Below are positions 10,536 to 18,079 of a stretch of DNA of 64,000 nucleotides, piece after piece. The notes under the pieces were generated by a model. It saw only the letters and a list, made by a program, of their open reading frames with translations, was not told where the DNA came from and searched no databases. The stretch comes from a virus: the UHGV virus genome UHGV-0200554. The stretch is one strand, 5' to 3'. The stretch's first letter is position 1; every line of letters starts with the position of its first letter. Made by a program: the position numbers and the translations under genes.

Positions 10536-11924
10536 GTGGGAGAACATACTTATGAGATTGGCACGGATGCCGCTCTCGCCGCTGTGTTATGTGGTGAAAA
10601 CGTCTATATCAGCGGACCTGGCGGGACCGGGAAGACTCATCTTTTACAAGATATACAGTCTTTACTTGGCGAATCCTGTATGGTTGTTGCCCCAACAGGG
10701 GTAGCCGCGCTTAACGCGGGAGGTGTTACCGCACACAGAGCTTTTGACCTGTCAGCAGGTGTGACTGTCCCAGAAGACTTCACAGAGATTCGTTCTAAAA
10801 CAGCAAAACCTCTCAAAAGTAAAGCGCTACGGACTTTAGTCATTGATGAAGTGTCTATGGTCCGTGCGGATAAGTTTGTGGAGATGGATAAGAAACTCCA
10901 GCACCTCCGTAAAACCAGTGAACCTTTCGGAGGTTTACAGGTGATCATGTTTGGGGATTTCTACCAGGCACAACCTGTTATCTCTACGCAAGAAAGGGAG
11001 GACTACTACAAATATTGGGATACTGACCTTTGTTTCTATACCCAATCGTGGAAAGATCTTAATCTGAAATGTGTTGCCCTTGTGGAGCAATTCAGGCAAG
11101 AGTCAATCCGGTTTGCCACAATGCTGAACTGCGTTCGTGAAGGTAGGAGAACAGGCGATGTGGTTAAAGAATTAAACTCTCGTTGTTACCACGGGGGGCA
11201 GGCCTCTGATGCTATCATCCTTTGCTCAACCAACAAAAGAGTGGAGGAGATAAACAGAGAGTTCTATGACCGTATTGATGGTGAGGAGAGGATGTATAAA
11301 GGGACGCTGAAAGGTAAATTCCCTCCCAATCAGCTACCTGTGGAAGATTTGATGTGCCTTAAAGTGGGAATGAAAGTCATGATTGTTGCCAACGACCTTA
11401 ATCCTAATCACAAAGTTCCTTGTTATGTTAACGGTTCTCGTGGCACAATATTAAAATTCTATGATGATAAGGTTGACATTGAACTAGATAATGGTACACT
11501 TGTGACTGTACCTAAAAAGCTATGGGAAAGCTACGAATACAAACCGTCCCTGAAAATGGATTGGAAGGCTCGTAAACAGAAAAGAGTGATTGAGAGAATA
11601 ACCACAGGGTCATTTGAACAGTTGCCTTTGAAGTCTGGATACGCGTACACAATTCACAAAAGCCAGGGTCTTACGTTAGATGCCTATAACTTGGATCTTG
11701 GTAAGAGAGGCGCATTCGCAGCGGGAATGACTTATGTTGCTCTTAGTCGTGCTAAGAAAATTCAGAGCATTACCCTCTTGCGTCCTGTCAGAGAAAGTGA
11801 TATTATTGTAGACCCAAGAGTGGTACAGTTTTACGCTGATACGTTCCCGGGGTTGGATGAAAAAGTAAGAAAAGATCTTGAAGTCAAAGTTAAAAAGGAG
11901 GCCGAGAATGAGTCTACTGGCTAA
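10536..11924 (+). CDS. SF1B DNA helicase (Dda/RecD/Pif1-like)
   Basis: Motif I GPGGTGKTH, motif Ia VVAPTGVAA, C-terminal YAYTIHKSQGLTLD. Confidence 0.8.
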   Translation: MGEHTYEIGTDAALAAVLCGENVYISGPGGTGKTHLLQDIQSLLGESCMVVAPTGVAALNAGGVTAHRAFDLSAGVTVPEDFTEIRSKTAKPLKSKALRTLVIDEVSMVRADKFVEMDKKLQHLRKTSEPFGGLQVIMFGDFYQAQPVISTQEREDYYKYWDTDLCFYTQSWKDLNLKCVALVEQFRQESIRFATMLNCVREGRRTGDVVKELNSRCYHGGQASDAIILCSTNKRVEEINREFYDRIDGEERMYKGTLKGKFPPNQLPVEDLMCLKVGMKVMIVANDLNPNHKVPCYVNGSRGTILKFYDDKVDIELDNGTLVTVPKKLWESYEYKPSLKMDWKARKQKRVIERITTGSFEQLPLKSGYAYTIHKSQGLTLDAYNLDLGKRGAFAAGMTYVALSRAKKIQSITLLRPVRESDIIVDPRVVQFYADTFPGLDEKVRKDLEVKVKKEAENESTG

Positions 11925-12231
11925 TGTGGTTAATTATGTCGCCGATATTGATACATCTGAACCACAAGATGTAACAGTGCACGACTTTACACAACGTCAT
12001 AAAAATCATGATCTTTTGTTGGTGGCAGACAGTGAGGATTATGATGTTTACCATGCTTTTGTGTTCTCTGATACTGTTTTTGAAGTAGGTCAATTCCTGA
12101 CTGTTAACTTCGGAGAAGATACAGGTGTGGAAGATATTGTAACTTTCATTATCGAAGGTCTGGATTGTGTTGACGAAGACGGTACTGCGTTTGAATTGAT
12201 TCTTCGTGTTGTAGAAGAGCTTGACATATAA
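11908..12231 (+). CDS. hypothetical acidic protein
   Basis: ORF track 11878..12231 trimmed to ATG at 11908 with AAGGAGG RBS. Confidence 0.45.
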   Translation: MSLLANVVNYVADIDTSEPQDVTVHDFTQRHKNHDLLLVADSEDYDVYHAFVFSDTVFEVGQFLTVNFGEDTGVEDIVTFIIEGLDCVDEDGTAFELILRVVEELDI

Positions 12232-12297
12232 TCCCAACTTTGGTAACATCAGAAGCATGAAGGGGAGTAGGTGCTCCCCACTACTAAGGAGACAGTC

Positions 12298-12588
12298 ATG
12301 GCTAACAAATTACACAGTTTCTATCTAGATTTCACACACGAAGAGTATGTATGTGAATGCCTATGCCGAGTCCAATTGCCAGATTACAATGAACGGGCAT
12401 CGGACATTGATTACTACGGCTTCCGCGAAATCGCAGAGATTGAAGTCTACAAAGATGGTAACAAATTACCGTTCTTACCTAAAGGTTTACGTAATAAAAT
12501 CAACTTTGCAGCACACAAAGCTCTGGAAGAACACTTGCACTCTGCTGATGTGCTCTCTTCGTTTGCTGAAGAAACAGGTGGCTTTTGA
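12298..12588 (+). CDS. hypothetical protein
   Basis: ORF track trimmed to ATG 12298 with AGGAGA RBS. Confidence 0.5.
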   Translation: MANKLHSFYLDFTHEEYVCECLCRVQLPDYNERASDIDYYGFREIAEIEVYKDGNKLPFLPKGLRNKINFAAHKALEEHLHSADVLSSFAEETGGF

Positions 12589-12782
12589 TGGATGTTAAAA
12601 TTCTGAGCTTCAACTTAAGTGTCAGTTATGAGTGTGCTGAACAACAGTTGGCTAGTTACCTAAGACTTGGCTACAAGATCAAAGGTCAATCTCATAACGA
12701 CAAATACCTTATTTATACTTTAGTTGAAGATTCTCCAACACTCGAAGATAAAGAACGAAAACAATGTATGGGAGGCTTCTGA
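12585..12782 (+). CDS. hypothetical protein
   Basis: ORF track; overlap coupling. Confidence 0.45.
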   Translation: MMDVKILSFNLSVSYECAEQQLASYLRLGYKIKGQSHNDKYLIYTLVEDSPTLEDKERKQCMGGF

Positions 12783-13063
12783 TGGCTGCTGATGTAAAAA
12801 TTATCGGGGTCCCGTGTATCGATAGTTGCCTTAATTCTCTGGAAGAGGATTTAAGCAAATATGTTGACGAAGGTTATGCTATCACAGGCCAATGCATAAC
12901 ACCTCAGGGCAATATCATCTATACACTGGTTAAAAACGTAGACGAAGCTAAGGTTGTTCCTACGCCAACACCAGTGCTTGAAGAGATCGATATTGATTTT
13001 GTTCTGGAAACACTGGAAGCAGACTGGATCAAAAACAAAAGTAGGAGGGTAGCTAAAAAATGA
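12782..13063 (+). CDS. hypothetical protein
   Basis: ORF track 12764..13063; probable start ATG 12782; sequence similar in pattern to previous ORF (possible paralog). Confidence 0.45.
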   Translation: MAADVKIIGVPCIDSCLNSLEEDLSKYVDEGYAITGQCITPQGNIIYTLVKNVDEAKVVPTPTPVLEEIDIDFVLETLEADWIKNKSRRVAKK

Positions 13064-13533
13064 TTTACGAAAGTGACTATATCTGGAAGATTGGCCCTGC
13101 TGCACAAGATCTGATTGAAGTGCCACGGGAAACGCTACAAAAAGCTGCTTTTAAGTTCCGTGATCTTGCAGTGATTGGTAACAGGATCCTGAAATATCTT
13201 AAAAACAAACGTTATGTTGAAGAGAAGTTCTTCGGATTGATCAAAAAAGAAACTACAGTATGGGAACACTACTTGAAAGAGTCTCAGAGCTTCTATGCTG
13301 GGCTGGGCGTAGCTCAGATGGTGATGCATGACGGTTACATCAACCCAACTGAAATGCGTTGCCTACGCTACGCTATAAGCGATTACCCTGGGTTCCTGAA
13401 GTATCATTTAACTGGCACAGCCTCTGAAAAGATTTATCTGACAGAGGAACATTTCGAACAACTGAATAAAATTTTAAACATAGACTTGACATTAGTCTCA
13501 ACAGAGTATACAATTGGGATTCGTGTCGAGTAA
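13060..13533 (+). CDS. hypothetical protein
   Basis: ORF track; followed by terminator. Confidence 0.55.
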   Translation: MIYESDYIWKIGPAAQDLIEVPRETLQKAAFKFRDLAVIGNRILKYLKNKRYVEEKFFGLIKKETTVWEHYLKESQSFYAGLGVAQMVMHDGYINPTEMRCLRYAISDYPGFLKYHLTGTASEKIYLTEEHFEQLNKILNIDLTLVSTEYTIGIRVE

Positions 13534-13538
13534 TAACA

Positions 13539-13565
13539 GCCCTGCCCGAAAGGGCGGGGTTTTTG
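13539..13565 (+). terminator. rho-independent terminator
   Basis: Hairpin CCTGCCCGAAAGGGCGGGG followed by TTTTT. Confidence 0.6.
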
Positions 13566-13585
13566 TGTTTGGAGGGCTAAATAGT

Positions 13586-14320
13586 ATGAAGCAAGGTGTA
13601 GTGTGGGCTTTATTCAATGGCTCCGATATTGCTGTCAAACCCTGGGCTGATGCAGGGTATTTGTGCTTCTGCTTCAATGCAGAAGGGGCAGATCACGGGA
13701 GCTATGCAGAGGTAGTAGAAGAACATCCCAACATTAAGTACATAGATTACTGGATTGACCCGTGGTTCCCACAAGAAACCTTGGGGATGTATCCTGCACC
13801 AGATTTCATCCTGTCGTTTCCACCATGTACCCACTTAGCGGTATCTGGAGCAGCACATTTCAAGAAAAAATTACAAAAAGATCCGTTGATTCAGGTCAAT
13901 GCTGTAAAAGATGCACGTATTGCAGAAACATTGGGTAACATGTATAATTGTCCGTGGCATGTGGAGAACCCTGTTGGGGTTATGTCTAATATGTGGCGTA
14001 AACCAGACTACAAGTTCCATCCGTCTGAGTATGGTGGCTATCTGCCGGAAGATGACCAGAACCCGTGGTTCCCTGACCTGATTAAGCCCAGAGATGCTTA
14101 TCCGAAGCTAACCTGTGGATGGTTTGGGAATGGTTTTGTTGTCCCTGAGAAACGACCTGTGCCGCAGATTTGTGATGTAAATGGGTATTCTTTCCAACAT
14201 ACCAAACTGGGAGGAAAATCTCCTCGTACCAAAATGATCAGAAGCCTGACACCTCGTGGTTGGGCATTAGCCGTGTTTGAAGCCAACGAACCCGTTGTAA
14301 GGAGCAAACTCAATGGTTGA
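13586..14320 (+). CDS. C5-cytosine methyltransferase-like protein (short, atypical)
   Basis: Motif I-like LFNGSD, motif IV-like SFPPCT (PC-T instead of PCQ), motif VI HVENPVG (ENV); start ATG 13586 with GGAGGG RBS. Confidence 0.45.
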   Translation: MKQGVVWALFNGSDIAVKPWADAGYLCFCFNAEGADHGSYAEVVEEHPNIKYIDYWIDPWFPQETLGMYPAPDFILSFPPCTHLAVSGAAHFKKKLQKDPLIQVNAVKDARIAETLGNMYNCPWHVENPVGVMSNMWRKPDYKFHPSEYGGYLPEDDQNPWFPDLIKPRDAYPKLTCGWFGNGFVVPEKRPVPQICDVNGYSFQHTKLGGKSPRTKMIRSLTPRGWALAVFEANEPVVRSKLNG

Positions 14321-14984
14321 CTGGAGCAAATATTTCACCTACAGTGACGGTAAACTGTTCTGGGCGTATACCGCAAAAGCCGGAAGAGGCAGGGTTATAC
14401 ATCACGCAGGCGAGGAGGCCACAGGTACAGACACAGATGGCTATAGGGTGATAAGTGTGTCAGGTGTTGGACGTGTTAGTAGGCATAGAATAATTTGGGA
14501 GATGCATTACGGGGAGATACCTGAAGGCCTTGTTGTGCGGCACAAGAACGACATAGCAGGCGATGATAGGATAGAGAACTTAGTCCTAGGAACACAGGGA
14601 GATAATGTACGAGACATGATCTACAGTGACAAATTGAACATTAACAATACCTCAGGGTGTCGAGGTGTATGCTACCATAGGGGTGTAAAAAGATGGATTG
14701 CATCTGCTGGAGACATATATTTAGGATGTTTTAAGACAAAAGAGGATGCAATTACATGCAGAAAGTTATGGGAGGAGGGAAAATTCGTCCCGCAAGAATT
14801 AGATGTTAGAAATACCAGCGGTGTAACAGGGGTGTTCTATGTGCCAAGCTCTGGAAGGTGGAGAGTTAGAGTACAAAGTGGCAAAAAGAGAAAGAGCTAT
14901 GGTAGTTACAACACTTTAGAAGAAGCAAGAGCTGTAAGGGACAGAGTGATGAAAGAGATTGAGGAGTCTAAAGATGGGGAATAA
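14313..14984 (+). CDS. HNH homing endonuclease with two AP2-type DNA-binding domains
   Basis: HNH_3-like N-terminus (GYRVISV...RHRIIWE...HKN...DNRIENL-like), two AP2-like repeats (GVCYHRGVKRWIA..., GVFYVPSSGRWRVRV...). Confidence 0.7.
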   Translation: MVDWSKYFTYSDGKLFWAYTAKAGRGRVIHHAGEEATGTDTDGYRVISVSGVGRVSRHRIIWEMHYGEIPEGLVVRHKNDIAGDDRIENLVLGTQGDNVRDMIYSDKLNINNTSGCRGVCYHRGVKRWIASAGDIYLGCFKTKEDAITCRKLWEEGKFVPQELDVRNTSGVTGVFYVPSSGRWRVRVQSGKKRKSYGSYNTLEEARAVRDRVMKEIEESKDGE

Positions 14985-17900
14985 GTTTATACCCTCTGCG
15001 TATAGTCGTTATGGGGAACCGAACCCAGTTGCAACAAGATACAAAAGCGGAGGCAGTATGGCACGAGACTATCGTGATGAAAAAGAGGTTGAAACTGTAG
15101 AGACTGTTTTAGAAAATACTAAAATTGTCCCTGTTCCACAACAAAATATCGGACTGACGGCTGCACAATATTTCGGTGTGCGATCAGCATTGTCCCAAGA
15201 AGATGGTGTGACAGTCGTTGCAACATATTTCCCATATTACAACCGCTACGGCAATCTATCTGGCTTTAAAAAGCGTGATTGGTCTAAGCCAAAAGAGCAG
15301 AAAGGGCACTGGTCTGTAGTAGGCATTGTTAAGGCCAACAGCCAGTTCTTCGGTCAGAAAATGGTTGGTGAAGGCTCAGACCATCGTAAAATCATTGTCT
15401 GCGAAGGTGAAGGCGATGTTATTGCTGCGTGGCAGACTGAATGGATGATGGTCAGGAAAATAGCTACAGACCCGTCATCAAATAAGAAAGCTAAAGCGTG
15501 GGCACAAAGCGTTCTTGACGGTATTAAAGCCGTGCAGGATGGTGGTTCTGCTAAAGGTTTTCCCACAATTAACGTGGTAGGGCTTAATTGTGGTTGTGCG
15601 AATGCCGTAGACGCTTTTGCCAACAACGAGAAGTTTATTCGTGGCTTTGATGAGATTGTCCTGGCCTTCGATAATGACGCTGCAAATGATGTTGAGAAGC
15701 TAAAACATGTCACCAAAGGTGTTGAAGCCACTCACAATGTTGCAGCTTTCCTGATGGCTGACAACGTTTTCCATGTGCAGTATCCGAGCGAGGTAAATGA
15801 TCCAGAGGGTTACAAAGATATCCGTGATTTGTTCCAGGCTAAAAAGTATGATCAAATTCACGATATGTTCAAAAACCCGATCAAATACGTGCCAGACGCT
15901 GTAGCAGGCCTGAATGATTTCTCAATTGAAGATTTACGTAAAAAATCCACCAATGGTGTTGACATTGGGGCAGAGTTCCCTAAACTCCAGAAAATGTTGA
16001 AAGGTTTGCATAAAGGCACACTGGTCATGTTGACTGGCCCTTCCGGCGGTGGTAAGACTACGGTAGCTAAGAAGATTGAGCACCAGATAGCTAAATACCT
16101 GATGGATCCTACGGTGGCTAAAGCTGATGACTACGACCCCGAAGACAGGTTGTGTATGATTCACCTGGAAGAGGACCCAGAAGAAGCCATCAACTCGCTG
16201 TATGCTAACCAGCTGGGGTATGATATCAAGAATTTCATGGAGGACCCAAGCAAGTATCTGACCGAGCAGGAACACTTTGAAATCCACAAAGCCTGGGTTG
16301 ATGCTGATAAAATCAGAGTATTCCGGCACTTCGGTTCAATACCTGTAAACGACCTGATCACCAAGCTGAAACAGATGGTGTGCTTGTATCATTGTCGTTA
16401 CATCGTACTGGATCATCTGTCAATGGTTATTTCTGGTTTGAATGTAAAAGATGAGCGTAAAGAGCTGGACCTTGCAATGACGCAGCTTGCAGCATTCTGT
16501 AAGCAATTCAATGTGTTCATTTTGGTGATTGCACACTTACGTCGTACAGAGATTATCCCACCGAAGGATAAAGAAGGTAGGGCTTTACCGTTCTGGTATC
16601 CTGTCCGTAAAGAAAACCTTCGTGGTTGTGTTTCTGCGGACACAGAGTTTTTAACCCCGCAGGGGTGGAAACGCATAGATAACTATGCAGAAGGGGATTT
16701 GGTTGCGCAGCACGATGAAAATGGCGTAATGACTTTCGTAACCCCGAAAGCCTACATCAATCTTCCTTGCGAAGAAATGTGGCATGTTTCCAACACTCAC
16801 GTTGTAGACATGTTGTTGAGCGATGAACATCGTGTTGTATATGTGAATGACAGAACGCCAGATGTTTTCCGTACGAAAACCATGTTGGAAGTTGTCTATG
16901 ACCACAACAACAAGCCTTCAGGTATGCGTGGGAAAATACCTGCTACGTTCCTCACAGGGTGCAATGGGACGCTGGGGTTGACTGATGACCAATTACGCCT
17001 ACAGGTTGCTGTAAATGCTGATGGGACAGTTCTTACTGAGTCAACAGGAAGAGTGGCTGTGAGAATCAAAAAAGATCGGAAAAAACAACGTCTCGAGATG
17101 CTGCTGGAGAAAACAAACACCACTTATAGGCGTCTTGATTTGCACGGGGTGCACGAAGGACGCACAGAGTACCAATTTAAAGCACCGTGTGGGTATAAAG
17201 GTGTGACTGGGGAATGGTTTAATCTCAAACAACACGAGTTGGAGATTATCTGTGATGAGGTTATGTATTGGGACGGAGATTCTGTGAACAAAAACAGGGT
17301 GTCCACCATTAACAAACTTGAAGCGGACTTCTTACAGTTTGCCTACAGCGCCTGTGGACATAGAACATCTTTATCCATGAAGGAGAACAACAGTGGCTTT
17401 GGCGGTAGTTACAACTGTAAACCTTTGTACGAGGTAAATGTTTGCAATACTAAGTACATGCATATACGCAAAGGTAGTAATAACAAACCCTCTATTGAAC
17501 GTGTACCTTCCCCAGATGGACGTAAGTATTGCTTTACGTTACCGTCGGGTATGTGGGTGGCGCGCCGCAATGGGCATATTTTTATCACAGGAAATTCGGG
17601 GAGTATGGAACAACTCAGTTGGGTTGTCATAGGGGTAGAAGCAGAAGAGATGCCTGACAGGTCCCGTGGGCGTGTCCGTTTAGTTAGCCTAAAAAACAGG
17701 CCAGCTAAAACCTTGGGTATCGCTGATGTGCTGATTATGAACCCTGAGACTGGTAAATTCTCCGATGCCAGTGACTGGGTGTGGGATAAAGAGACAGGTT
17801 TCTTCCTGAACAAAGATGGGGATATTGTCTGGAGGCCACAAGATATGTTCGACAATGAAGAACATGTTGTTGTGGAAACTCCTGAAGGTAAGGTTACCGC

Positions 17901-18015
17901 CGATGTGAAACCTCAACCAAAATCTGTTGACGCAGAAGGGGAAGAAGATGATGGAGTGGATGATCAGAGTGTAATCCAACAGGAGTTCCCTGAGGATGAA
18001 GATTGTCCGTTCTGA
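14974..18015 (+). CDS. bifunctional DNA primase-helicase (T7 gp4-like), intein-containing
   Basis: TOPRIM motifs (IIVCEGEGD, VLAFDNDAAND), Walker A GPSGGGKTT, helicase motif split by intein; acidic C-terminus ending DEDCPF; ATG 14974 with GAGGAG RBS. Confidence 0.8.
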   Translation: MGNKFIPSAYSRYGEPNPVATRYKSGGSMARDYRDEKEVETVETVLENTKIVPVPQQNIGLTAAQYFGVRSALSQEDGVTVVATYFPYYNRYGNLSGFKKRDWSKPKEQKGHWSVVGIVKANSQFFGQKMVGEGSDHRKIIVCEGEGDVIAAWQTEWMMVRKIATDPSSNKKAKAWAQSVLDGIKAVQDGGSAKGFPTINVVGLNCGCANAVDAFANNEKFIRGFDEIVLAFDNDAANDVEKLKHVTKGVEATHNVAAFLMADNVFHVQYPSEVNDPEGYKDIRDLFQAKKYDQIHDMFKNPIKYVPDAVAGLNDFSIEDLRKKSTNGVDIGAEFPKLQKMLKGLHKGTLVMLTGPSGGGKTTVAKKIEHQIAKYLMDPTVAKADDYDPEDRLCMIHLEEDPEEAINSLYANQLGYDIKNFMEDPSKYLTEQEHFEIHKAWVDADKIRVFRHFGSIPVNDLITKLKQMVCLYHCRYIVLDHLSMVISGLNVKDERKELDLAMTQLAAFCKQFNVFILVIAHLRRTEIIPPKDKEGRALPFWYPVRKENLRGCVSADTEFLTPQGWKRIDNYAEGDLVAQHDENGVMTFVTPKAYINLPCEEMWHVSNTHVVDMLLSDEHRVVYVNDRTPDVFRTKTMLEVVYDHNNKPSGMRGKIPATFLTGCNGTLGLTDDQLRLQVAVNADGTVLTESTGRVAVRIKKDRKKQRLEMLLEKTNTTYRRLDLHGVHEGRTEYQFKAPCGYKGVTGEWFNLKQHELEIICDEVMYWDGDSVNKNRVSTINKLEADFLQFAYSACGHRTSLSMKENNSGFGGSYNCKPLYEVNVCNTKYMHIRKGSNNKPSIERVPSPDGRKYCFTLPSGMWVARRNGHIFITGNSGSMEQLSWVVIGVEAEEMPDRSRGRVRLVSLKNRPAKTLGIADVLIMNPETGKFSDASDWVWDKETGFFLNKDGDIVWRPQDMFDNEEHVVVETPEGKVTADVKPQPKSVDAEGEEDDGVDDQSVIQQEFPEDEDCPF
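16627..17595 (+). other. intein (about 323 aa) inserted in helicase motif of primase-helicase
   Basis: Starts with Cys after ENLRG, ends ...ITGN followed by Ser; removal restores LRG-SGSMEQLS matching the T7 gp4 DLRGSGALRQLS motif; possible degenerate LAGLIDADG-like segments inside. Confidence 0.7.
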
Positions 18016-18079
18016 TGCTTAACTGAGAGTGGGGAGAGCAGTACAGCCAACTCCCCCTTACATGTAAGGTATTAATAAT

